A stretch of 64,000 bases of DNA from Octopus vulgaris (taxonomy: Eukaryota), in contig OX597814.1 in the NCBI GenBank assembly GCA_951406725.2, positions 68,696,001 to 68,760,000 on the forward strand. Direction: 5' to 3'. The translations under genes and the position numbers were made by a program. The stretch's first letter is position 1, and each line of letters begins with the position of its first letter. Shown here piece by piece: positions 23,211 through 35,890 of the stretch. Below the pieces are notes generated by a model. That model made no database searches, was not told the origin of the DNA, and saw nothing but the letters and a program-made list of their open reading frames with translations.

Positions 23211-23979
23211 TGGGTACGAGTGTGTATATACACAAGTGCTTCGCTATTTGTATGCACAAGTCAAATTGAGTACGTTTGCTTACTTATCTATGTGAATGTA
23301 TGTGGGCATGTATATATTCTCACATTTACAAGAGGGAATGTATATATGTGTAAAAGTGTATATGTCGATCAGTGTATGTATATGTGTATACATATGTATA
23401 CTTATGTATATGTAAGTATATATAGATGCCCAATATATATGTATATGTGTGTGTACATGAATGTATGTGTATGCATATGTGAGCGTGTCTGTTTGTATAT
23501 ACAGGCATATATATATAAGTTTTTTGTGTGGGGAAGGTTTGTGTGAATCTGTGTGTATGTATGTATGTATGTATGTATGTATGTATGTATGCATGCATGT
23601 ACGCATGTATTCGACCACTGATTGCAGATGGTCAGCTAATAAAATTTGTACGTGCAGTCAACCATGAAGAACAAGTCAGCGATCTGTCGGTACCAAAACA
23701 CCCATCCACTACACTCTGGCAGCAAACAACATGAATCTACCAATTGATACAAAATTCAAACCAAGATGATCGGATGTCATGACTTTGAAGTCGAATATTT
23801 TAAACTAACGGAGACAACACTTGAAACTCACCTGAGCATACATAACTGGATTTCATTATGTAAAAAACAGTTGCATAATCAAATACCTGTATCTTTGGAG
23901 AACCTCTATGAGTGGAAACAATTATAGTGATTAAAAATAGCTTTCCAACCGTACTCCTTCTTATCGACTCCAATTTCTT

Positions 23980-24385
23980 CACTGTTCTGAAGATGTATTG
24001 ACCTCAAATTGCACCCCCACTAGCTGGGCTCTGGGAAAACTCACTTCCTACAGGTTGCATTCCTGATACTTTTTTCCCCAGTCTGTCGTTCAAGTCTTCA
24101 AAAAGTGAAACAAATCTCCTGCAGTGAACTACCGTCCGGTATCACTCACTTCTCATATCATTAATGTATTTGAGAGGGTGGTGAGATCGCGAATAACTCA
24201 CTTCCTCGAAGACAACAATCTGCTGAACCCCAACCAGCATGAATTCCGTGATGACAGGGACTGCCTGTCACACCTTCTGCACCATTTTGATGAGATCTTA
24301 AAATCGTTAGAAGAAGGCTCCAACACTGATACCTTGATTTCAGCAAGGCATTTGACAGAGTGGACCACAAAATCCTGCTGAAGAA
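23980..24385 (+). mobile_element. Second copy of the LINE RT fragment
   Basis: Near-identical to about 22145-22545, including the same frameshifting lesion. Confidence 0.85.
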
Positions 24386-24393
24386 CTGTTGTG

Positions 24394-24511
<118 letters not shown>

Positions 24512-24547
24512 CATATATATATATATATATCTTTTACTCTTTTACAC

Positions 24548-24930
24548 TTTTACTTGTTTCAGTCATTTGACTGCGGCCATGCTGGAGCACCGCTTTTTGT
24601 CGAGCAAATTGACCCCGGGACTTATTCTTTGTAAGCCCAGTACTTATTCTATCGGCCTCTTTTGCCGAACCGCTAAGTGACGGGGACGTAAACACACCAG
24701 CATCGGTTGTCAGATAATGCTAGGGAGACAAATACAGACACACAAACACATACACACACTTATACATATATACGACAGGCTTCTTTCAGTTTCCGTCTAC
24801 CAAATTCACTCACAAGGCATTGGTCGGCCCGGGGCTATAGCAGCAGACACTTGCCCAAGATGTCATGCAGTGGGACTGAATCCGGAACCATGTGGCTGGT
24901 TAGCAAGCTACTTACCACACAGCCACTCCT
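24548..24930 (-). mobile_element. tRNA-derived SINE
   Basis: Major SINE family. Confidence 0.9.
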
Positions 24931-25146
24931 ACATATATATGTAATAGAAATATGTTACAAAATGAAAATAGAAACTACACGTGGTAGTGTAAGGGGAAAG
25001 TAAGAAAAATATACGAAAATACACATCGTAAATAAAAAAAGGTAAAGGCTTTTTATGAAAAGTAACGAAAGATATATACAATTAGATGAACTGAGGTAGG
25101 AATAAAAGTAATAAAAGTCATTATTGTGAAATTATTAAAGAGATTC

Positions 25147-25182
25147 AAGCATACCGGTTTCGTAAGTTACTAATCATTGCTT
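25147..25182 (-). ncRNA. Minimal hammerhead-like motif with variant core
   Basis: AAGCA-AUGAUUA-GUA(ACU)UAC-GAAA-CCGG-UA-UGCUU. Confidence 0.5.
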
Positions 25183-25529
25183 TCAATACATCTATTCATT
25201 GCTTTGAATGCACACCGATTAATGGACGATGTCAGGTCTAATAGTTCCTGAGAAAAAAGATTATTTGTAAGGGAGGTAAGTAGTTCTGGATTTGGTGCAA
25301 TTAGGTTAGATATAGAATTGTAATGCGAATGGTGTAAGGGATGTATGGGGCTTAGTGGTATTAATTGAAAGGTTAGTAGTGTTCTGTATTATGTTATGTG
25401 TTCATATTTGGTTGGGGAAGATATTTATTGATGAAAGTTGCCTCTTTATTCATTCTTTGTTGCATTGAGATGTTCTGTGAACATTAATAGAAGAGGAAAA
25501 TTAATAACTTCTAGCAATAGCTTTCTTTA

Positions 25530-26640
25530 TTTCGGATGTTCGGTGGATCTTAAAAGACGTCTTAACAATCCTTTTTCCTCTTTTAGGCTCAAACATAAGG
25601 CAGGTTGCACAACACTATCTAACAAAATTTGGGAACTAAAAACAAATAATATAGAATTCAACCTAAAATGGGATATAGTTAGAAGGGCGCAACCTTATAG
25701 AAATAGTAGGGATGGTTGTCAAATTTGTTCTATGGAAACTTATGAAATTTTAAAACATCAGAGTAATACAAATCTGTTGAATAATCGTCTGGAGTTGGGA
25801 TATCTTGTATGCATTGCACAACCCGAACGTTTAAATACTTTAAATAATAATTTTGTGAGTATTCCTATATTTTTCAAATTTTAATTCTTTATAATCAAAT
25901 AAGAAGACATATACTAGCTTTCAATTTAACATTCCTCGATGACTAAAAAAACTTCACTGCAAACTTGAAATTGGAATTTTTTTCTAAATTTAATCTAGCT
26001 TTAAAATTAATAAAGCTTTCCCCCAGTTAAAAAATACTATGCCTACTCATAATAATAAGTGATAGGTTTTATTTTTCTTCCCCTTTTTTTCTCTAAATTA
26101 CACTCTCTGTGAATGGGATTAGGACCATTTGACATTGACCTAGTTTCTCTCACCAAATAGCAGTAATTGGCATTTATTAGTGGCAATTGCTGTCTTCAAC
26201 ATGAATTCCTTTTATAGAGTTTCTGAAACCTCCTTTACCCCATTTCTACAATTAAAAAAATCATTATTGCTTCTAACCTTACGGCAGTTAGGAACAGCCA
26301 TATCTTAGTCAGTCAGTGGAAGGACTTCACTACCTCATATGTTCTTAAAATTTAAATCCACATCTTTGTCTGTATATCTACCTTCTCTATAATGTTGCCA
26401 CTTGATTTGAACATTTTTGTATTAATGGAAAAGCTCTATAATTGGCTGATGAGTACTCAGTATCTTAAATCTGTTGTAATACTTACAACATTTAATAAAA
26501 TGAGGTAGTACGAAACAATCGTACGAAATTACTGGAGTCATACTTGTTGCTTATTTTGATTATAATCACCCCGCGGATTTTTATGGATAACAGCATACAA
26601 AATTCTGGTGCATCTAAATTAAGTACCATATTCATTTGAA
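25530..26640 (+). mobile_element. Penelope-like GIY-YIG 3' relic plus pLTR with decayed hammerhead
   Basis: YFGCSVDLKRRLNNPFSSFR..TTLSNKIWELK..LKWDIV..CQICSMETYEIL..LLNNRLE. Hammerhead relic AATTGG-CTGATGA-GTAC...GTAC-GAAAC at about 26440-26530. Confidence 0.8.
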
Positions 26641-26657
26641 TCTAAATTTTTGCTGAA

Positions 26658-26702
<45 letters not shown>

Positions 26703-26711
26703 TCTTTACTA

Positions 26712-27060
26712 TTTTTACTTGTTTCAGTCATTTGATTGCGGCCATGCTGGAGCACCGCCTTTAGTCGACCCCGGGACTTATTCTTTGTAAGCCCAGTACT
26801 TATTCTATCGGTCTCTTTTTGCCGAACCGCTAAGTGACGGGGACGTAAACACATCAGCATCGGTTGTCAAGCAATGCTAGGGGGACAAACACAGACACAC
26901 ACACACACACATACATATATATATACGACAGGCTTCTTTCAGTTTCCGTCTACCGAGGCTATAGCAGAAGACACTTGCCCAAGATGCCACGCAGTGGGAC
27001 TGAACCCGGAACCATGTGGTTGGTTAGCAAGCTACTTACCACACAGCCACTCCCGCGCCT
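26712..27060 (-). mobile_element. tRNA-derived SINE with internal deletions
   Basis: Major SINE family. Confidence 0.9.
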
Positions 27061-27591
27061 AGATATATTTACATATGTATATATATATATATATATATAG
27101 CTTTTATATGTTTTTATTGCTTTATATATTTATGTTTACATATTTTTCCTTATATTACCTTTCACCTTGTATGTTTGTGCATGCGCGTATATAGACGTGT
27201 ATATGAACTTATTTGTGCGCGTATTGTTATATATACGTGTGTGTGTGTGTGTGCGTGTGTGCGGGTATGTATATGTGTACATGTGTATGGTTGCATATAT
27301 ATGTATACATATAGGTGTGTGTGTGTCTGTGTGTGTGCGGATATGTATATATGTACATGTGTATGGTTGCATATATATGTGCACATATAGGCGTGTGTGG
27401 GTGTGCACGTATGTGTTTCACGTGAGTGAGAGTGAGCATATGCATATAGGCACGTGTACGTGAGTGTACGTGCGCGCATGTGTATGTATGTACATGCGCG
27501 TATACTCGAATGCTATGAGCATTTTTTACTTTCTCCCCTTCGGTTTTTTCCCTATATTTAACGGTCATTTTCATGGCATTTTTGTTTGTCT

Positions 27592-27654
27592 TAATAACTG
27601 ACGAGATGCCGGAGCAGTTTTCCGCCCCGACATCCGAAATTCGGAGTTTTATTA
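27592..27654 (+). ncRNA. Type I hammerhead ribozyme
   Basis: UAAUAA-CUGACGA-GAUGCCGG...CCGACAUC-C-GAAA-UUCGGAG-UU-UUAUUA. Stem III is near-palindromic. Confidence 0.7.
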
Positions 27655-28952
27655 TGGCAACCGAATGATTGTCACATATTATATTACAGGTATATGTGTG
27701 TGTGTGTCTGTGTGTCTGTGTGTGTGTGTGCGTGTGTGTGCGTGAGAGTGTGTGTGTGACCGCGCGTGTATCGGTGGCGGTTTTCTTTCTCTGTCTTCCC
27801 TTCTTTGGACTTTTTCTATATTACTGATGAAGAGCTCCCTCGAATCGTGAAATCCTCTTTCATTTCTTTCCTTTCCTGAGCGTCCAATATCACAGTACTT
27901 GTATCACGTCCTCGCGTTTTTGTTTTTTCTTGCTTGTTCTCGTTTGGATTGACTATACATACATGTATATATATAGAAATAGATGCACATATATCACAGT
28001 ACATATAACGATATGAAAGGCCATACATATATACACACATATATACATAAACAATGAAAGGGCTACAGGAAAAAGAAAGGTCATACACTGGATTATTAAA
28101 TATTTCACCAGTGTTTTTATCACAAAAGCTACCAAACCATTACATTAAGAATACATAACTAGGGAGAATTAGCGATTTAATTTTTCATGTTAATTAATGG
28201 ATCGAGAAAGTAAATAATAGACGTAAATGACTTAGCAAGGTGCAAGTATAGATATCTAAGAAAATATTAAAGCATAAATTACTCCTAGCATTAAATAATA
28301 TCTAAATGTGCAAAGCATTTATTTAAACATATACTTTGTAATTTAGTTAAGTAAACTCGTCTCATTTCTGTACTATTTGAATATTATTTAATGCTAGGGG
28401 TAATGTTTTTAACATTCCTCTTATAAACCAATAATCCTAATATCCGTAAGTGGTTTACCCAAAACCATTATGTCTCAGTACGGGCAAGATTACTGCCTAC
28501 AATTCCTGAAGGAAATCGCACACCAACACAGTCTTACGTCTGCAACATCTTCAAGAAAGAGAACCTCTACTTTGTCACTCAACTTGCTATAAATAGCAGC
28601 TGAATATTCTCCAAATTACATATTATCCTCTTCAGAGATACATTACTTAGGTTATACAAATAGATGAGTTGGGTACAACTGTAACATATTTGTTCATACA
28701 TTTTCTCAATCAGATTTAAGGTTAAACAATAATAGCAACAGACTCTATCTGACTATTATCAGAAAAGCAGGGGATGCTTTGTGCATCGCACAGATTGCAA
28801 GTTAAGCAGAAGATATATAAGTGTTTGAACTTACTACTCTCCATCATAAAACTATATTTCTAACATTCATCTTTGGTTTTGATTTCTAAACAAAATTGAT
28901 ATTAGTTAACAATACACTTGCAAACTATATAAATTTTTCACGTTTTACTTAC

Positions 28953-29107
28953 GCCCTATGAACAGGGTTGGTATGTAAATGTATAAAACATAGAAAACAG
29001 TGACTGAAAGAGTTTGATATCTCGCCACAAATAAACAACTCAGATATTCTGTTCGGCAATTTTGTTAATAGGTGGGGAATACATAATGACCAGCTGTTTT
29101 TGCAAAC
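28953..29107 (-). other. Candidate spliced exon (155 nt)
   Basis: Acceptor ATTCTTCAG|G and donor C|GTAAGT in unique sequence. Phase-0 frame is open (VCKNSWSL..PVHR); no recognisable domain. Confidence 0.25.
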
Positions 29108-31099
29108 CTGAAGAATCTTGAGTAAACGTTTACCGTAGCGCAAAGAAAATTTATTCTTTTCTATAGCTGACGTTTGTTACAAGCTAAATAGGTCAAACAA
29201 AATTGCAGCGTACCAAGCAATGTCCAAAACATTTCAATATACACCTTCGTGGATAGCAACTAATGTTATGTTATAAATGAATATTATAAGCATTGAAGCA
29301 AACAGTTTTTTAAGAAAGCCTACAATTTCAGCGAAAAATTATAACATGAAAACTGAACAGCAAACGTTGAAACCAAAGCATAAAAGATAACAAAAAACTT
29401 TATAATGCTGCATTTGGATTAACGAACTGCGATGTATATATTGATTAGAGTATCTGTAAACATATCAGCGCTGAAATACCTGTTTCGGATAACAGATTAC
29501 TGCTAATTAAATTCATGAGCGGATAGCAGAATAATATTTTTGCTCACTTCGTCGCTATTATTGGGTATGTGGCTACTTGTCTCGTGGAAATTAAAGGCTA
29601 TGGAATGTGATAAGCGTCACAGTTTAGTCTCATCACATTTAACAATATCATGTAAATTATCACATATCTATTTCTCTGTAACATCAGAAAAAAGATTCAA
29701 GTTCTTTTTGTATTTTTACTGTTTTAACTTCCAAATATTCAATTATACAGTTTTCAACTGATAATCATTTCTTTATAATTCTGCAATTGCTTATAAAATG
29801 GCATTTGGTTTAACGATACACTAACTTTCCAACGGGACATATCTATCTCCTGTGTTTACAAGTCAAAAATATTCCTCATCATCAGCAGCATCGTCATCAT
29901 CACAATAACTACCACCAACATCGTCACTACTATCACAACCGTCGTCATCATCAGACAGTATCATGTCTAACTACAGGAGAAAGATAGAATAACAGGAATG
30001 TAGAAAGATAATAAGAACGACAAGAAGTACGTTTGAACGACTGACATATGGTCAGAACGGAGCCATATTTCTGTTAAACCTTTAACGACCGGAGAAAGAT
30101 CAAAAGGTCTACTCATTCTCATTAATCTCTAAGTGCAGACAAAAGACAACAAAAGACTTTAAATTTCTGTTGTGTCTGGGGAGAGTCATTTTCTTTTTGT
30201 CCCCAGACACAAAAGAATATGCATCAAAACACGAACTCATATAAAGAATGTTGCAAACCAAATCCAAAGACTTTAAATTTGTTTGACAATTAATAAAAAT
30301 GTAGATTCTACGGCTGGAAAAATCCGTAAATAATTTTTTTTTTCTCCAAAAAATAACATTCAAAACCGAATGTTTGCGATAACAGAAAAAATATAGTTGA
30401 TTGGGTTATAAGTTAATGAGTTTTAAAACGTTAGTAATATTGGTGTAGATATAGGCGTGGTCTCTCTGTCTACGTGAAATCCCCACAAAATTTTCACAAA
30501 AAACTGAAAAATGAAAAACTGAGGTGGGAGGTAGAATTTAAATTTCAAAATGCTGATTTTGTTGCGGTCGGAATATTCGGCTTAAAATTCTTCAAGGCGA
30601 TGCCCCAGCATGGTCGCAGTCTAATGACTGAAACAAGTAAAAAGGAAAAAAAAAAATAAATAACTGAAAAATATATCTGAGGAGGTTTTGTCTGATTTCG
30701 CACTTTGACTAAGGAGATTTTGTCCGAAGCGATTTTGTCCTAGGGGAGTTTTGTCCGGATCCCGATAAACACGTGCTACTAAACTGCTTCCAGATGATAA
30801 AAGCTTGTCTAGAACTAATCGCTAGCAAATCTAAGGAGCACACAATATTCGACTGTGATTATTTTTATAGATTGTATAAATGTATGTTTTATAGGTTATA
30901 TTCAGTTTTGTTGGCTGGTCTGAAATTGAATATGCTTACATTTAAACAAAATCAAAAGGATAGCGTTAAAATATAAAGATGGAAAACGATAAATACTTGA
31001 GTATCTGCATGCTTTCTGTGATATAGGAATTAATAGTTTTGTTGTGATGGTACTCTCTCGTAGTCTGAGAAAGGCAGTTCTTGCTGAACAACCTGCACA

Positions 31100-31310
31100 A
31101 ATAATTTGTTTATTGTGATCAAATATAAGTGTTGTGCATTAGCTCACTCTCTCCATCAAATCGACGTTGTCTGAACAGGTGACGAAGTGATCCCAGATCA
31201 ATGTGAGATGAAGTTTTTTGCTCAAGAACAAAACGCACAACCCCGTCTAGGAAATCAAACCACGATCGCAAGATCATGAGTGCAGTATTCTCACAGTCAA
31301 TCCTGCCCCC
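31100..31310 (-). mobile_element. Decayed SINE related to 2640-2952
   Basis: Minus strand GTGGTTTGATTTCC..GCGTTTTGTTCTTGAGCAAAAAACTTCATCTCAC. Confidence 0.6.
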
Positions 31311-32082
31311 AACCACAGTATTGTTGTGTCATTGCAAACTCGTTCTACAATATTAGTGATCTATAGCCTTAAAACATTGGATATGATTTCAAGTTCTACT
31401 AGATTCTCATTTTTATATTTGTCTATTTTCATTTGCATTATTCATATTTCATCCTTTTGCTTGGTTGAAATGAAAACATGAATATTCTCTTGAATTCCAG
31501 ATTAACAGACCTCAAATTTTATCAACTATACTTATCTATTTGTTATTTTTATTAAACTTCTAGCTTGTCATAACTTAAAATTTTGCATCGACAATTATAA
31601 CGATCTGTCATTTTAATGATAACTTCCAAATGAAGTTTAATTTAATGGATTTGGCCCTAACTCACAATTATCTTATGCTTCATTAGAACCACATACCCAC
31701 TCATTTACAGCACAGCTACTTGATTGCATAATTCAATTAACTACTGATAAGCTCAAATCAATCCCTCAGTCATTAAAGGCGTAACTGAAGTGAAGTGCAT
31801 ACAGTTTGAAGTCGTATTCAGTTTTGGTTCTAACAATGTTTACCTTGTGCGAATTATATCAAGAAATCTCAAACAAACATTAAAACTACAATATAGTGCG
31901 AATAGAGGTATAATTAAATTGCTATGCGATGTGTTGCAGAGAAATTAAATCCTATTCTCTGACCTCTAGCACTTTCGGCATCTTAGAACGAGAATAGGCA
32001 TCGTTGTTTGTTAAACATATCAGTGTCTGCCTATACATATACATCTATACATGTATATGCATGTGTATATATACATATATGC

Positions 32083-32114
<32 letters not shown>

Positions 32115-32131
32115 GGAGAGAGAGAGAGAGG

Positions 32132-32286
32132 AGGGTGGCTGTGTGGTAAAAGCTTGCTTTCCAAGCACATGGCTCCGAGTTCAGTCCCACTGCTTGTGAC
32201 CTTGGGCAATTGTCTTCTACTATAGCGCCGGGCCGACCAAAGCCTTGTAAGTGGATTTGGCAGGCGGAAACTGAAATAAGCCTGCC

Positions 32287-32349
<63 letters not shown>

Positions 32350-32530
32350 TCCCCCTACCATCGCTTGACAACCGATGTTGGTGTGTTTACGTCCCCGTAA
32401 CTTAGCAGTTCGGCAAAAGAAGCCGATAGAATAAGTACTAGGCTTGCTAAGAATAAGTCTTGGGATCGATTTCTTCGAGTAAAGGCGGTGCTCCGGAATG
32501 GCCGCAGTCAAATGACTGAAACAAGTAAAA
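32132..32530 (+). mobile_element. tRNA-derived SINE
   Basis: Major SINE family. An oppositely oriented partial copy follows at about 32565-32707. Confidence 0.88.
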
Positions 32531-32736
32531 TGATTTTTTTAAAAATAAAATTAAAATAATATATGCGACGGACTTCTTTCAGTTTTCGTCTACCAAATCC
32601 ACTCACACGGCTTTGGTCAACCCAAGTATATAATACAAAACACAAGGTACCATGCAGTGGAACTGAACCAAAACCATGTGGTTGGGAAGGAAGCTTCTTA
32701 CCACACAGTAATGCTTGTGTCTTTGGGTAACATATA

Positions 32737-33631
32737 CGAGGGGGTACCCAAAAGAAACCAAAATTTTGCAATATGATTTTATTCACTTAGCTTTACGTTT
32801 ACACTTTTATCGCCTTCAAAGTATTCTTCATTTGAAGTAATGCATCAGTCCAAGCGCGTTTTCCACTATTCGAAACACTACTGGAACTCTTGCGAAGTGA
32901 TTCCTTTTACCCCATCCGTCGTTTTTTTTTCTTCACCTCTTCAACATCTCCAAATTCCGTAGCGTCAGCATTCGTCGCCAGTGATGATCCTTGAAAAAAA
33001 GATCCGGATCAACTTCCAACTGTTCTCTTAGTTCACGTCACGCATTCAGTCGTGACTGCTTTTGATATTCTGTGAGCAAGTGAGGCACAAATTTTTCTGC
33101 AACTCTTTTCATTCGCAATTCCTCGCTCAAAATTCATTGAGCTCCAGGACACACCAACCATATCACCAAGTTCGTCAATCGTTCGATGACGGTCCTTCAA
33201 AATCAGTTATGAATTTTCAAGATGTTTTCATTCGTTCAGGAGGTCGGCGGTCGTCCTGAACGAGGTTGGTCTTCAAGAGACAAGTGACCGTTCCTAAAGC
33301 GTGGAAGCCACTCGTAAACTTGTGTTTTGATCATAGCAGCGTCCCTGTAAGCTGTTTGAAGCATTATAACTGTTTCGGCCGCTGTTTTCCGCAGCAGAAA
33401 ATAGAATTTCTCGGAAGCACGCTGCTTCTTTGTTTCAGCCATCGCAAACGAACAAGGGAGAAGCACTGCAAAACAAAGATGCATCACGTGGCAGTACGAC
33501 CGTAGCAGATAACACCGGTCGGCAGACTGATGCCTCAGGACAGCATCAAATGGCTTCTAGCGGCGGAAGCCTGAATTACAACGTGCTTGTCCTACAGAGA
33601 ATGTTTCTGGTTACTTTTGGGTATCCCCTCG
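32737..33631 (-). mobile_element. Internally deleted mariner
   Basis: TIRs CGAGGGGGTACCCAAAAGAAACCA / TGGTTACTTTTGGGTATCCCCTCG with TA flanks. N-terminus MAETKKQRA..VYEWLPRFRNG..RSGRP. Confidence 0.88.
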
Positions 33632-34439
33632 TATATATATACAACTTACTCTCTATTCGACCTTGCATCCAACCTAATACAATTATGAAACAAGCTGAAC
33701 CAGTAACAATCTTATTTAGATTTTTAATAAATAATTTTCCACAACTAACACTCGAAAATTTGAAAAGGGGAGAATAGCTAATCTGAAGGAATTTTCAGGC
33801 TGTTGCTGAAAAGTGAAAAAACGCTTATGTAATAAGAAGTGCGCATAGAATTAATATTAAAATAAATATACATTTATCCGATTACTCAATTACAAACATA
33901 ATGTCAGGACTGAGGGAAAGAGTTATGTGCACACAGCTGTGTTCAAATTTTAGTTCTAGATATTCCAAACTATGTTACAAACTATAAATAATGACATTAT
34001 TTTCCAATGAATGCCTCTCAGGTTTTGAATTTTATGGGCAGCAATCATGGAACGTGCTATGGGCAAACACTTTATGAATATGATCTACATATAGATAGTT
34101 ATCTACTTGTTTAACAATCACGTATTTAATCCAAATATTTCTTTGTAAATCCTTTATATAATATTCATAGCTGCTCAATATTCAAAATAGAGCTCTCCTT
34201 ATGGTAGTCAATCGAAAGTGACCCTGTTCTGTATCACGGGCACAATGGCTGTGGTCTTGAAATATTGGTATATACAAGATATATGATGCTGCATGCAAGC
34301 TTTGAAACTTAATGATAGAAGAATTTTCTAGGAATATTAAATCTTATACAGTGTTACTTCTGAACTCTACTCAACAATTCTCGTTTATAGCATGGTTGTT
34401 TGGTTGTTGGATTTTTTTATAATCAAAATGTCCAGAAAT

Positions 34440-35870
34440 GGGAGCTATTCATTGCTACATGCCATTGTAAATTGAATATTGGAGTTTATATTGTTCAGTG
34501 TAGATTTGAAGTCCAGAAGTTTATCATAGGTTTCATTCCAGGGAATAAAACAATCGTCTAGGTACCTTTTCCAGTTGTCTCTTATATACTGGTGGAATTG
34601 GGGTCCAAATTTTTGGAGCGAAAATTCATATAGGGTAGATTCAAAGAAACTCATTATTAGATTCGCAAGGACAGGCTCTGCTTTTGTTCCCGTCGCAATA
34701 CCGCATTTTTAGCGGTAGTATGTTTCATCGAATAGTAAGTAATCGTTTTGTAGGATGAACTTCAGAGGTTCAATGGCCGCACAGATCAGACTTTCGTCAA
34801 GCACACTAAGGAAAACAAAACACCACATCTCACTTTAAATCACTCCAACAGATATCACCCCACAACCCCAGAAACAAAGAAGCACACAACACAATTGTAC
34901 AAAACCTCCCCCTGCTCACTCAAGACCCGAAAAGGAACAACATTCTGAATACACATAAATTCCTATAATGCAAAAGATAACACAATTCATTTAAGAGACT
35001 CCTAACAAATGCCAAACAATACTCAACGCATATGATACCAACAGTTATAAAATGCGGACGACCTAATTGTGGTACATGCCCATACCTAACTGAAGGTTCG
35101 GAATTCACATTCCAGCAAGGAGAAAAAATTTCAATTAATATCCAACATCACTGTGCCTCTCAGAACTTAATTTATGTCCTAATCTGCTCAGGTTGTTACC
35201 ACAAATATGTAGACCAAACGAGCCTTACTTTGAAACTCAGAGTTACGTTGCATAAAGAACAGATTCGTTTTCCTCAATACAGGCAGTTAGCTCTGAGCAA
35301 ACATTGACAGGTGCGCAAAAAATAAAACACCGAATTTTCATATTTTTCCATTATATCAAAGCAAAGATTCAATGTCCTTACAAGAACGTCTAAACAAGGA
35401 AAACCTGTTCATACAAAAGTACAGACCACACCTTAATACACAAACTTGACCACCCTACATATTCCTATTTCAAAATCAAATTTATTTACCACTATTCAAT
35501 AATATTGAGGAGGTAGTTGTTCCCCTCGTCATCTATTGCCTCTCTTTATCCACTCTCTCCATTCATTCTTACTTTTCATGAAATCCAAAATGGTGTGATT
35601 CCTTTGTTTCAAAGAATGATTACTTTACGATGTCCCTTGAAAAGCTAGTTTAAATAGCGACAACTGGTTGGATATCACTACATTTTATGAGACTTTTACC
35701 ACCCATAAAATATGTATAGAGATATTTTTATAAAAAGATATTATAACCATGTGAAATGAAGGCATTTCTCTTCCCTTTTTTATATGTTTTACACATATTT
35801 TTACTTCATAACTTGGCCACGTCGTGTATACTGATTCTCCAGCATTTTTACTCCTTTATGTATGTATGTA
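34440..35870. mobile_element. Penelope-like relic with inverted RT segment (minus) joined to GIY-YIG segment (plus)
   Basis: Minus 34445-34760: GIATGTK..ANL, WKRYLDDCF, NIQFT. Plus 35030-35450: CGRPNCGTC, NLIYVLICSGCYHKYVDQT. Confidence 0.85.
35629..35676 (+). ncRNA. Hammerhead-like motif with variant or decayed core
   Basis: GAUGUCC-CUUGAAAA-GCUA(GUUUAAA)UAGC-GACAA-CUG-GUU-GGAUAUC, downstream of the PLE GIY-YIG. Confidence 0.45.
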
Positions 35871-35890
35871 TGTATAATTATATATATATA

